NCBI RefSeq assembly: GCF_018350175.1
Contig: NC_058368.1
Coordinates: 169,200,001-169,264,000 of the forward strand
Length of the DNA stretch: 64,000 nt
Source of the DNA: Felis catus
Lineage: Eukaryota
Direction: 5' to 3'
In this document: one piece after another, positions 12,459 through 25,834 of the stretch
Position numbering within the stretch: the first letter of the stretch is position 1
Layout of the letters: each line of letters starts with the position of its first letter
Translations under genes and position numbers: made by a program
The notes under the pieces: generated by a model
Seen by the model: only the letters and a program-made list of their open reading frames with translations
What the model was told of the DNA's origin: nothing
Databases searched by the model: none

Positions 12459-14239
12459 TTTACTAGAAGATCAAGTATTTGTTTCAGAAATTTTATGTAA
12501 GGAGGTAAACTTTGGGTCCTTGCATGTCTGAAAAAATTTTCATCTATCCCTCAGACTTCGGGTATAGTTCAAGAAAAAACATTTTTTTCCTAACTCTGAA
12601 AGGCATGGTTTTCCAGCATCCCATGTTGCAATATGGCATCCCATTCTGCCAATTTATTTCTCAGTTTTTGGTAAGTAAACCAATTTTTCTCCCTGGAATA
12701 TTTAGGATATCTTCTTAATAACTGGCATTCTATAATGCCACAAGGACTTTTTTAGGGGCAGGCCATTTTATAATTTCTCCTACACAGCCACTATTGGGCT
12801 GTTTTAAATAAGACTCATATCAGTTTGTCTCAAAGATGTCCTTTTCTAATAATGGCTATTTTCACTGTATTTGGCCTACAAAGATTAATCCTTTGTCTGT
12901 AAACTTTTCTAATTTTCACTCTATGAAATGGTAAATTTCATCCAATTTTACTTTGAGCCTTTCAGTATTCTCTGTAATAATCTTCTAAATTTCTTGTAGT
13001 TTCTTGTTTTCTGCTTCTTTTATTATCATTTTTAACAGTGATTCATGCCTTATGACCAGAATGTAGACTAGAGTCTCTCTGTAGATACTAATTATTTCTA
13101 TTTCATTGAAGGCCAGCCATGCTCAAGTATCTACAACAGTGGTAGATACTTTCTCATTTCCATATAAAAAAAAGGTATAAAAAAGAAAAAAAAAAGCAGA
13201 ACAGGGAGGGGGGAGGATGAATAATAAGAAATAAAAACCACAGTGGTATATCAAGATTAAAATGGTTAAATCATTAGTCCCAAATTTGTATCTTAAGTGA
13301 ATCAGAAACATTGTCTCTGAGTTCTCTCTGAAGAGATGTTGCTTTGCTGAATTAATCTCTTGCTCCTTGTACTATTCACTTAATAAGTAACACATGACTT
13401 CTTTCTATTTGTGATGCTTATTCATTTCAAATGCAATTATTCATATTTCTTACTAATTGTCATAAAGTAAAATATATAAATGTGTTGTCTAAGATTTAAA
13501 GAAGTAAATCAATGAAGTATTAATTCTAGATCTTATTTAACCTACAAGTCATCATGTTATCATTTTAATAACCAGCAGCTATAGACAGGCAATAAAAACA
13601 ACCTTCAAAACAATACAAGGGAAAACTTGCGTGTAGGACATACACCTCCAACAGCAGAATTGAAAGAGTTGTGATTTTAAAGACAAAGGCCTTATTTTAT
13701 TTGTACTTGCATGCACTAGGTCTATTAAATGCTTGTTTCTACTGCACTAACACAGTATGTATGTAAATGATTGGACAAATGAATGAATGAACAAACATGT
13801 GCTCCTTTCTCTGATGGAAATAAGGAAATATAATGAAAAGAGAGGGCTAAGGGTTGGGTACACTTGGATCTAAATCCCAGCTCTGATACTCAGGCAAGTT
13901 AAATGAAAGCTAGTGGTAGTTTAAGTGATTTAAAAATATATATATAAATAGTAATGAATGAAAGGAACTTAGGCAAACAGAGTAATGAGTGCTCATATTC
14001 CTATATGGACACAATATATACTAATATTGGTACACAACAGACCTACATCTTGAATTGTCTTTGGTATCAACGTATTTCTACTCCAGTGAGTAATCAACTA
14101 ATAACAAAGCTTGTATAATATTTTAAAATAACACATTTATTATTTTTGCAACATAGCCTACCTACTTCAGTAACATCATCGAACCTCTATGACAATAATA
14201 CAGTAGAATAATTAAAAAATAATTCTTTGATAAAATTTT

Positions 14240-14690
14240 TTTAACACTTCTCCCTTCAAAAAGCACAGCCTAATCTGCTCCCTATCAGGGTGGGTTGTAC
14301 TTAGACACTTGTTTCTATTGAATACAATGTGACAGAAATGACAATGTATAATGAACAAAATTATGGCATAAAAGGCATTGTGGCTTCCTCCTTGCTCTCT
14401 CTCAGCTCCCTCTCCCTGGGAAAAGCAAGCTGCTACATCACGGGATCATTCAGGTAGTCCTATGGAAAAGTCAATGTATTCCTGCCAAGAGCAGAAGGAA
14501 GTGAGGTATTCTGACAACAGCCATGTGAATGAACCACCTAGGAAGCAGCACCTTAAGTCACAATCAAACCTGCAGATGACTGCAGTCCCAACCCACATCT
14601 TCAGGGTAACCTCATGAAAGATCTTGAGACAAACCACCCAGTCAGGTTGCTCCTGAATTTCTCACCTACAGAAACTATGGTCTACTGAAG
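14240..14690 (+). mobile_element. MLT1 (MaLR) LTR, MLT1F/G/H-like
   Basis: cagatgactgcagtcccaacccacatc...aacctcatgaaagatcttgag...ctcctgaatttctcacctacagaaact. Confidence 0.75.
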
Positions 14691-14837
14691 CATAACAAAT
14701 TATCCTGTAAAAATTAACAAATACAAATAACTTAAATTGTATTATTTTATATATAGAGAGAGATAGATAGATATGGATAGATAGGTATGTGGATACTGAA
14801 TTTTCCTATATTTCCACCTATTATGAGAACGAAGCTC

Positions 14838-15038
14838 TTTTAAAAAATGTTTGAGAGAGAGAGAACGAGCAGGGGAGGGGCAGAGAGAGGAGGGAGGGAG
14901 ACAGAGAACCCCAAGCAGGCTCTGTGCATTCAGCACAGAGCCTGACACAAAGGGCTTGAAACTCAAGAATTGTGAGATCATGGCCTAAGCCCAAATCTAG
15001 AGTCAGACTTTTAACCGACTGAGCCACCCAGGTGCCCC
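14838..15038 (-). mobile_element. CanSINE
   Basis: cccaagcaggctctgtgc...tgagccacccaggtgcccc. Confidence 0.93.
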
Positions 15039-15409
15039 AAGAACAAAGATTTTCTAATGCCATCTCATGAAAGTATATTTTCTCCCTTTGAAAGAGCTGC
15101 TTATTCTCAGCATACAAAGTGCCAGGTTATGGCTTACAGAATTAAAATGAATTATACTTATGTTTTGTTTGCTGGCAATCTCAGAACTGTTGCTTAGCTC
15201 TTACATTCTACCTATCACCTAATAAATATTCACTAACTAGCTACTGAATCAGGAACACTTACTTTTAGAATTTAAATCTGATTTAAATGAAGTTTTAGGC
15301 AAAGCGAAGGAGAAATCAGTTGAACTTCCAGAAGAAGAGCTTCAACTGAAAGCTTGGATCTTTACACTTGTGACCCATTTGCTGGGAGCCAAAAATAACT
15401 CACTTTTTT

Positions 15410-15984
15410 AAAAAAAAAGCTGAGACATAATTCATATATATTAGATCAGGTATACAACATAATGATCTGATGTTTGTACATAGGGCTAAATGATCATCAA
15501 AGTAAGTCTAGTTAACATCCATCACCATAAATAGTAACAAATGAGAACTTCTAACTTGTATTTTGTTAGTAACCTTCAAATATACAATATGGTATTAATA
15601 ACTACAACACCATGCTATACACACTACAACCCTATGACTTATTTATTTTATAACTGAAAGTTTGTACCTTTTGCCCCCGTGCTCAACAATTTTGCCTGCC
15701 TCCCACTCCCACCTCTGGCAACCACTGATCTGTTCTATGTATGAGGGTTTTTTTTTTTTTTTTTTTTTATTCCACACATGAGATCATACAGTATTTGTCT
15801 TGCTCTGATTTATTTCGGTTAGTATAATGCCTTCAAGGTCCATCCATATCCATATTGTTGCAAATGGCAACATTTCATTCTTTTTTATAGCTGAATAATA
15901 CTCCATTTTGTATGTATGTGTCTGTACACACACAACCCACTTTTTTTTTTTTTTTGGCCTGAGGAAGATCAATCAATCAATCTT

Positions 15985-16017
<33 letters not shown>

Positions 16018-16770
16018 TGTCTAAAACAACAGAAATTTATCTCTTACAATTCTGGAGGTTAAAAGTTCAAAATCAAGGTGCCAATGGGGTCATATTTCCT
16101 CTCAAAGGCTTTGGAGGAAATTCTTTTGTACTTCTAGCTGGTGGTGAATGCCAGCAAACCTTTGCATTCTTTGGCTATATACCACATCTTCTTTATCCAT
16201 TCACCCATCAATGAACACTTAGGTTGTTTCCATATCTTGGTCATTGTAAATAATGCTGCAGTGAATATGGGAGTGCGTGTCTTTTCAAGTTAGTATTTTT
16301 GTTTTCTTCGGATAAATACCCAGAAGTGGAATAGCTGGATCACATGGTAGTTCTATTTATTAATTTTTTGATGAATCTCCATACTATCTTCCATAGCGAC
16401 TGTACCAATTTACACTCCCCCCAAGAGTATACAAGGTTTTCCTTCTTTCCATATCCCTGCCAACACTTGTTATTTCTTGTCTTTTTGATAAAAGTCATTC
16501 TAACAGATATGAGTTGATATCTCATCGTGGCTTTGATTTGCATTTCTTTGATGATTAGTGATGTTGAGCATCCTTTCATGTACCTGTTGGCCAGGTACAT
16601 GTTGTCTTTGTACGCTGTCTTTGGGAAAACGTCTACTCATTTCCTCTACCCATTTTCTAATTGGATTGTTTCTCTGCTATTGAGTTTTATGATTTCTTAA
16701 TATTTTAGATATTGACCCTTTGTCAGATATATAATTTGGAAATATTTTCTCCCATTTATTAGGCTGCCTA
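15410..16770 (-). mobile_element. L1 (L1MA/L1_Carn-type) 3' UTR and ORF2 end, interrupted at 15941-16175
   Basis: ORF remnants MEYYSAIKKNEMLPFAT..WMDLEGI and MKGCSTSLIIKEMQIKATMRY are the L1 ORF2 C-terminus. Confidence 0.9.
16020..16175 (-). mobile_element. MLT1B/C-like LTR 3' fragment nested in L1
   Basis: aaaacaacagaaatttatctcttacaattctggagg...aaatcaaggtg...cttctagctggtgg...cattctttggc. Confidence 0.8.
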
Positions 16771-18679
16771 TAAATAACTCACAGTTAAAGCATCTTTTCT
16801 AGAAATAACAAAGTTGAGACACAAATACAATTTAATCCAACAATATGAAGAGCAAAGATTCTTGATTATTCTTCCCAGCCCTCTGCAAAATTTGTTTTAT
16901 ATTCTCTCATATTTCCCTTTATATATATGTGCCTGCAAAATGCCCTAAAAATGGCTCTTAAAAATTCCTTACAAAACAAAATTCTAAAATTATCCGGCCT
17001 GCAGTTCCTTTCAGTAAAATATTTATTTATATAGAATGTTGGTGATTATTATCATACTTGAGCTATAAGTTATAGAATACAAACTTCATGACAAAATGAC
17101 TTTACAATAAACTACGACAAATACAGCTAGAAACCTGTTCCATATATGCCGGAACTAATTACACTTTACCTTAGTTTACTAACATTATCTTTCTATTTTC
17201 AGCTACTAAGGCAAAGCAAATATTCCAAGAGGTTAAAAAAGTATCTACTCTGAACAACAATCTAAGCTTGCAATTAAAGTACTTCTCACACTTATATATT
17301 CTTTTTAATCTATCTCTAGATTTATCGTGTCTTCTAGTCACAAGCACAAATGGTTTCTTTTACATATAAACAATGCAAAATATTCCACTAGATGTAATTA
17401 ATAGATACACAATTAATAAGGACAGAGGTGATATTATTCCTATATATTGCTATAAACAAATAGACACATGAATAAAATCAATTGCGGTAAATCAAACAAC
17501 ATATTACCAACCGCTGGACTTCTAGGTTATACACAAGAAAACTTCCAGGATATGACTACCAGATTCTGTACGTGAACAACTGTAGAAATGATAAGAGTAC
17601 CTAAATCAGAGAGAAATTTTAAAAGTACAACTGTTAAACTTCTCAGATCAAATGGGCTTGCTATCCCTAGTAATGTGACGAGAAATATAAAAGGTTAAGC
17701 GTATTTAACTATTACCTTTCTTGACAATGTTTCTGTAAATTATTGTAAAAGAGGAACAATAAACTCAGCACTGATACAGTGAAAATTACACTGAAAAACA
17801 TAAAATATATGTAATCAGAAAGAGATCATTTGATAATCCAAACTTTTGTATTTAAGTAGTTATAAAACTGTATTTCCAATTTCTGTTATGGTAAAGCCTC
17901 TATCTCACCAAATGATTATAAACTGTTACTCTATTTAAAAAAAATTGTTACAAACTGCTATTTCTAAAAGACTAACTATACAGAAAAACCTGTGAAGAAA
18001 GAACTGAATGAGAATATAACCAACACACTAGAACAATAAAGATTTTCTCTGGTTTACTGGAAATATAACTGGCTAAGGGGGAAAAAAAGATTAAAGTCGA
18101 AGACAAATTGAGATGGAAGAATAAAATATCAATCCATCAAAAAATAGGATGAAGAATATTCTTCAAATTTACCTCTCATTTAGATAGGAAGATCTGATTC
18201 AGATGTGGCACAAAAAGGGCCCTGGCTCAACTCACCCTCCTATGGGATGCCAAGAAAAATCAGTTTCAAATCAAGAAACAGCACAGATTTATTTCCATGT
18301 CAATGAGTGAGCCAAGAAAAGAAATAACAAGAGTACAGGAAAAAAAGGAAAATAGAAAATTCAATGTTATGCATACCAAATGTAGCAAATTTCATTTGAT
18401 GGTAAAAATTCACAAAATGTGCTCAGAACAAATTAATACACCTATGATATTTAGAGACTTGGATGCCTGCTAACCACAAAAAAAAAAAAAAAAAGAGCTT
18501 ATGTGTGTGGGTTTGGGAAGATAAAAAAACAAGCATGACAAAACGCTGATGCAAGATGTTGTGTAAGAGTGGTTCCTTATACTTCACAAAAATTTGTTTA
18601 GAAATTTTCATGATAAAAACTTTTCAAGTATTTTCCTTTTCTCTGCACTCATTTGTTGAAGAACTATTAAGTGCAAAAC

Positions 18680-20190
18680 TCTTAAACATATGTTACAGTT
18701 CAATGGATTTTTACATATATTATATATCTGAATAACTACCATGTGGTTCAAGATACAAAACATTAACATCATTTCAGAAGGTTCTCTCTTACCCCTTCCA
18801 ATTTATTAACTCCTCTCAATCCAGAGGCAACCACTTTCTGGACTTCAACTCCCCCAAATTAGCTTTTACTGTTTTAAAATACACAAGTGGAATTATACAA
18901 TGTGAACTCTTTTGCGTCTATCTACTTTTGATCAACACAATACGTTCATGTTGTTATAAATGTTCCTATACATAAATTCTGATGCAATATTTTGTTTTTT
19001 CAGATCGAAATGTTTTCTAATTTCTATTGTGACTTCAGATTAATGCACTATTTAAAAATGTCTTGCTTAACTTCTAAACATCTGGAGTCTTTCCAGTTAT
19101 TTTTCTATTACTGAACTGTAATTAATTCCACAATGATCAGAAAACACACACTACATAATGTCGATCTGAAATTTGATACTTCTTTAAGAATTAGAATATT
19201 TTGTCAAATGTCCCAAGTGCACTTAAAAAAAAAAAGGTATAGTCTTCAGTTGTTAGACACAATGTTCTATAAATGTCAATTATGTCAAGGTGATTAATCA
19301 TGTCATACAAATTTTATTCCTTTACTGATTTTTTTTACATAACTGTTCTATCATTTACTTAAACATGTATTTAAAATCTCAGCTATGAATACATACCTAT
19401 CTTCCCTGTTAGTTATACTAATTTCTCCATTCAGAATCTATATTATTAAGTGAACACATACTTACAATTATATTTTCTTGATGAAGTGACCCACATATTA
19501 TAATATATTCCTCTTTACTTATTATAATACATCTTGTCTTACATCTGTTTTGTACAAATTAATATGATCAGCTTTCTTTTGGTGTTTGCAGACAATACTC
19601 AATTTTATCTTTTTACTTTGATCTTACATGCATTTTGCACTTAAAGTGTTCTTTATAAATTAAACATACATGGATCTTTATTTATTTTTTTTAATTTTTT
19701 TTAACGTTTTTTTATTTATTTTTGAGACAGAGAGAGACACAGCATGAACGGGGGAGGGGCAGAGAGAGAGGGAGACACAGAATCCAAAGCAGGCTCCAGG
19801 CTCTGAGATGTCAGCATAGAGCCCAACACGGGGCTTGAACCCACGAGCTGTGAGATCATGACCTGAGCTGAAGTCAGTCGCCCAACCAACTGAGCCACAC
19901 AGGCGCCCCATACACGAATCTTATTTATAAGGGCTAACAATATTTGTATTGCCACTGAAGTGTCTAAACCATTTACATTTAACATAATTGCCATAATACA
20001 GATTAGCTTAAATATCACCTTTCTATGTGTTGTTTCTTTATTCTTCCTTTCTTGACTTCTTTGGTACTGGTCAATTTTTTTTTTTTTTTACTATTCCATT
20101 TTATTTCACCTACTAGCTTGTTCGAAATACCTTTTAGTATCAGTATTTCAGTGGTTTCCCTTGAAATTACAAAATGCATCTTTTTTATTT
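18680..20190 (-). mobile_element. Old L1M fragments (3' UTR and ORF2 5' region)
   Basis: ggcaaccactttctggacttc; ttctataaatgtcaattatgtcaag; remnant MLNVNGL of the L1 endonuclease start. Confidence 0.65.
19677..19909 (-). mobile_element. SINEC_Fc
   Basis: Full body; TSD ataca(tg/cg)(g/a)atctt. Confidence 0.95.
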
Positions 20191-21443
20191 GCTGAATGTT
20201 ATTTCCTAGAGGCTCAGAATAACTTATCTTCCTTTAAAGAGTGTTTTAAAATTTCTCATCTCAGGTAATTACACTGCAGGTAAAGACAAAGTGTGGGTTG
20301 GATGAAAGTACAAAATATCTGAGAACTGCAGAAACAGAAAGTTGGTACCCACTCACAGGCTCTTATCTATGAATCTCTACTAGGTGCTGAAAAGATTGGG
20401 AACAGGCTGGAGACTAAAGAGGCCTTCTTTCAGGGTGAAAGGAAGGTACTGATTGCCAACAAGTGAATAAAATAAAGTCCTACCTACACCTTTCACCCAT
20501 ATAGAAAAGAAAAAAAAAAAAAAAAGCCTTACCCTATCGACAGAATGACACCAATTACTGTCCTCCATTGTGGCTAGAGGATAGGTAAAAGAAGAAAAAC
20601 AAAACAAACCACCTTTACTACTGAACAGTGTTAGGAAATAGAGCAAGGATTTCAAGAGATGGAAAAGCAAATGAAAGAAATAAAAGACACACTGACAAAT
20701 AACAAAAAGGCATTTATGGGCTCATCAAAGGACCAGGGGAAGAAGGTATAAATGAACTTCAAGACAGGTCCTGAAAAAGTACCCAAACTGAAATACAAAT
20801 TAAAAAAAAAAAAAAAAAAGTGTGGGGAGGAAATGAAACAGAGCCTCCAAGAAATGTAGGACTGTATGAAATGAACTACCACCTACATAACCGGATTCTC
20901 ACAAGCAGAGCTGGTAAGTGGTACAGATGAAATATTAGAAGATATTCTGAGAAATTTCCAAATATTATTTAAGAGATTAAACATAAATTTAAGAAAGGCT
21001 CAGCAAACAATCACAACAAGCACTATATACAGAAAACACAAGTACCCCCAGACAAATCATTTTCAACTTGCTGTAAAAACCCAACAATAAAGGAAACATT
21101 TTTGACGCAGAGAAATGAAGAATTACACCTGACTTCTTGTCAGAAACCATACAAGCAAAAAGACGATATAAATGGCATCCTTAAAGTAACATAAGAAAAA
21201 CACTGTGAACAAATAATCCTATACCCAGCAAAATACTGTGCAAGGAAAATAAAAAGTAAAATAGAGTATGTTATAGCCAACCCAAGAGACTTTGTTACCA
21301 GTAGACCTGAACTACAGAAAGAGTACAAAACAGACATTTGACTCTACAAAGGAATATGGAACTCTAAAGATAATTAAAGTGAAGGTACATGCAAAATTTT
21401 TTTTTCCTTATTTTTAGTTACTTCAAACCAGAACTGTATAAAG

Positions 21444-21644
21444 TAGCACTCACTGATAGAACTTTCTGAGATGATGAAAATGTTCTATATCTTAGACAGT
21501 TCGATCTGAAAACTAAAAGCTACCTGTGGCTACTAAGCACTTAAAAAAAATGGCTAATATACAGAAATTAATTTAAACTTAATACTAACTATTTGAAATT
21601 CAAATTAAATAGTCACACTGGCTAGGACATACTAGACAATGCAG
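21444..21644 (+). mobile_element. MER3 hAT-Charlie MITE
   Basis: atagaactttctgagatgatgaaaatgttctatatct...tagacaatgcag; 8-bp TSD gtataaag/gtctaaag. Confidence 0.85.
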
Positions 21645-22315
21645 GTCTAAAGCAAACACAGTAGCAAGGTATTATGAACTTATGGCATATATAAAAGTAA
21701 AACATATGACAATAGTAGTGCTAACATAGTAAGAAATTGGCAATATACTGTTATGAAGCACTGATACCATATAAAAAGTGGTATAACACTGCCTGTATAA
21801 AGACTGGAATTAAAGATGTAGAATACAAATCACAAAGAAGCCAGTATAAATTTTTTAAACAGGCAAACTTAAGTATAAGTAATGAGCTACTAATGAAGAT
21901 AAAAATAGAGAACCTGTTTTTATAGGTTAAATAAAAAACTACTAAGAAGGGAGATTTAAATGTAATCACATTAATAATTACATTACACATAAATGGTCTA
22001 AACAACCAAATTAAAAAGCCATATTGTCAGGATGGGTTAAAAAGAAAGTGGGTTGTCTATACCAAATCTACTTTAAATATAAAGGCATAGATGTAAAGTA
22101 AAAAGATATACTATGCAAACACTAACCAAAAGAAAGGTAGAGTGATATTAACGTCAGATAAAATAGACTGCAGAAAACTGTCTTTATACAAAGTATGTTA
22201 TTGGTCTACAAAAAAAAGAGAAACATGGAAATCAATTATAAAGATATGTTTATGGATACATTTTACATATTTATTATATATATATTTCCAAATATTTGGA
22301 AACAGTGATATGCTT

Positions 22316-22372
22316 CTTTTTTTAATTTGAAATTTATTGTCAAATTGGTTTCCATACAACACCCAGTGCAAG
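22316..22372 (-). mobile_element. Extremely 5'-truncated felid L1 3' tip (about 55 bp)
   Basis: Reverse complement gcactgggtgttgtatggaaaccaatttgacaataaatttc(A)n; TSD tgatat(g/a)cttct. Confidence 0.8.
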
Positions 22373-23541
22373 AATGATATACTTCTAAATAACCATGGGT
22401 CAAAGTGAAAGTCACATTAAGTATTTAGAAAATATCAACAGAACAAAAGTTGTGGGAATATCTAAAGTAGTGTTTAGAAGGAAATGAAGGTCTCAAATCA
22501 ATGGCTCAAGTTTATACCTTAAGAAATCCTAACAGACTGGATTTAAACCCAAAAGCACACAAAAAGAAAATAGTAAAGAGCAAACATCAATGAAACTGAA
22601 AAGAAAAAATTTTTTAATGCAATAAAACAAAAAACTGGATCTTTGGAAAAATTAATAAAATTGATAAACCTGGACACAAACTAGTAAAGGCAAAAGAGAG
22701 GACACATTGTCAACATGAGAAATAAATGAAAAGACATCATTACAGTAACTATAGACAGTAAAGAGATAATAAAGAAACGACTTTATGGCAATGAATAGAT
22801 GAAACAGATGAATTCCTTGAAAGACACAAAGCACTAAAATTCATATAGTGAGTAAAAGTGATTCATGCAAAGACGAAAAACTTTCAAGAATAGATAACCC
22901 TAATCATCTTATACCTATTGAATGTATCCTTTAAAACCTTTCAAAAAGAGAACTCTGGGCCCAGAGGGATTAGCTTGAAAACTCTAGCAAAGATTTATCA
23001 AACAAAGACCACTCTTATCGGAAATTTTTCAGAAAATTTAACACTTTCAAATTCTGAGGCCAGCATGATCCTAATACAAAGATTTACATGAAAAGTCATC
23101 TTTTATGGACAGAAATACAAAACAGTACTCAACAAACTATGAGCAAATCTAATCCAACAATTTATGAAAATGATAATACGTCATGACCAAATGAGGTATC
23201 TAGAGAATGCAAGGCTGATTCAACATTTAAAAATAAAATATTAACAGACCATATGATCATCTCAATAAATAACAGTAAAAACATCTGACCAAACTCAGTG
23301 TCCACTTGTTAAAAATTCTCAGCAATCAAGGAACAGAATGAGAACACAGTTAACTTCATAAAAGGCCTAGTATACTTAAAATGGTAATATAGAATATATA
23401 GAATATATAATAATAATTTGATAAAAAGGCCCTATTATACTTAATAATAAAAGACTGAAACCAACAAGTCACTTCTAAAAAAATTTTATGGAAAAGCAAA
23501 AAACTACAACAGCCATGATGATTTTGAAAAAGAGTAGGTCA

Positions 23542-23717
23542 GGTGGCACCTGCATGGCTCAGTCAGTTAAGTGTCCAACTCTTGATCTCGATCTCGGCTC
23601 AGGTCATGATCTCGTGGTTCATGAGTTCGAACCCCAGGTCAGGCTCTGCACTGACAGTGAGGAGCCTGCTTGGAGTTCTCTCTCCCACTCTCTCTGACCC
23701 TACCTCACTCATGCTTG

Positions 23718-23753
<36 letters not shown>

Positions 23754-24085
23754 ATAAATAAACTTTAAAATTTTTTTAAAAAATAGCAAGTCAGTCAAAG
23801 AAAGACAAATACCATATGATTTCACTCATATGTGGAATTTACAAATGAGCAAAGGGACAAAAAAGAGAGAGGCAAGCCAAGAAACAGACTCTTAAATAGA
23901 GAACAAACAAAATAGAGAACAAAAGAGAGGTGAGGAGGGAATAGGTGAAATAGGTGATGGGGGTTAAAGAGGGCACTTGTGATGAGCAATGAGTGTATGG
24001 GAGTGCTGAATCACTATATTGTACACCTGAATCTAATATTACACTGTAGGTTAACTAACTGAAATACAAATAAAAACTTAAAAAT
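23542..24085 (+). mobile_element. CanSINE (23542-23783) directly followed by a carnivore L1 3' end (23790-24085)
   Basis: SINE head and CT tract, then agaaagacaaataccatatgatttcactcatatgtggaat...tgtacacctgaatctaatattacactg...aataaa. Confidence 0.9.
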
Positions 24086-25591
24086 GAAGTAAGTACTGCA
24101 AATAAACAAAGTTGGGAGTACTCACACTACCTGATTTCAAGATTTACTGTAAAGCAACAATAACCATGACAATGTGGAACTGGCAAAACGACAGGTATAA
24201 AGATCAAGGAATTAGTCCAGAAATAGACCCACATATATGGACAACTGATTTTTAACTAAGTTAATTCAATGAGGAAATCAAAGGTTTCCTAACAAATGGT
24301 GATAGAACTGAGAAAACAAGCCTTAACCCTTATCTCACACCATATATAAAAACTAACTTAAAAGGTATGATACACCTTGTCATAAAAGCCAGAACTATAA
24401 ACCTGTAGAAGAAAACATAATCTGTACAACTTTCCACTAAGCAAACTTAGAACACAGAAACACAAATCCTAAAAGGAAGATTGATGAACTGAATTTAATC
24501 GAAATTAAAAACTCTTCTGTTCTGAAAAGTTAGGAAAATAAAAAGGTAAGCTTCAGACTGCATTATGTGTGTATGTGTCTGTGTGGGTCAAAGGACTTCC
24601 ACAAAAAAATATACAAAGAATACATACAACTCAGTGAGATAAACAATATTTACAAATAAGCAAGATTTGAACCGATACTTCACAAAGGAAGGCACACAAA
24701 GGACCAAAAGCAAATTCTCAGCATTATTAATCTTTAGATAAATGTAAATTAATATTATAGTGTGATATAACTACATACCCACTAGAAGGACTAAAATGAA
24801 AAAGTCTGAAATAACCAACTGTTGATGAGGGTATAGAGCAACTGGAACTGTACATGGGAAGCTGTGTGGCAGGTTTTTACATGTAAACATTCAGTTACGA
24901 TACAACGCAACAGATGCATTTCTAGATATTTACCCAAGAGAAACACAAAACTTCATGAACGGATGTTTACAGCGATTTATCAATAATACCCCCAAACTGG
25001 AAACAATCCATTTATCCATAAATATGTGAAATAGTCAACAAACTGTGGTAGACCAATACCATGGACTGCTACTCAACAATTAAAAGTCATGAATCAGTTA
25101 AACACAGAAAAGTATTTAGGATTCTCTAACCCATCATGCTAACAGAAAAAAAAGCTAGATGCAACAGAGTATGTAATTCCATTTATATGAAACTCTAGAA
25201 CAAATGAAACCAATTTACAGTGAGAAAGAGAGGACAATGGTTTCCTGAGGCTGAGGGGTAAAAATGTCACTGCATAGGGCAGAAGGGAACTTCTGGGAAT
25301 GAGAGAAATATTCTCTATCTTGACAGTGGTAATGAAAACATTCTACTGTTGAATGTGGTGCTGGTGATAGGGGTGTACGTGTTCGTCAAGACATACTCAA
25401 CTGTCTATTTTAAATACACACATTTTATTGTATGTAAATTATCCTCAAAAAAAGGTGATTCTTTAAAATGGAACTCTTTTGGGAAAATATAAACCAAGGA
25501 ATAATGGTAATGCCCTCATATAACCACTAAAAAGAAGTAAAAAACATCAATAAAATTCAATACCCACTATGGTTTTTAAAAATGTCATCCG

Positions 25592-25816
25592 GGGGCGCCT
25601 GGGTGGCGCAGTCGGTTAAGCGTCCGACTTCAGCCAGGTCACGATCTCGCGGTCCGTGAGTTCGAGCCCCGCATCAGGCTCTGGGCTGATGGCTCAGAGC
25701 CTGGAGCCTGTTTCTGATTCTGTGTCTCCCTCTCTCTCTGCCCCTCCCCCGTTCATGCTCTGTCTCTCTCTGTCCCAAAAATAAATAAACGTTGAAAAAA
25801 AAAAATTAAAAAAAAA
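25592..25816 (+). mobile_element. Very young SINEC_Fc1-type copy
   Basis: CpGs largely intact, long A tail, perfect 14-bp TSD aaaaatgtcatccg. Confidence 0.97.
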
Positions 25817-25834
25817 AAAAATGTCATCCGAAAT

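Larger units (their letters stand above)
20290..25455 (+). mobile_element. Heavily decayed, near full-length old L1 (ORF1, ORF2, 3' UTR), antisense to PJA2, carrying nested inserts
   Basis: ORF1-like 20640-21360; endonuclease start ataaatggtctaaac ~21990; RT-region motifs gaatgcaaggctgattcaacat and ccatatgatcatctcaata; 3' end attgtatgtaaattatcctc. Confidence 0.8.
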
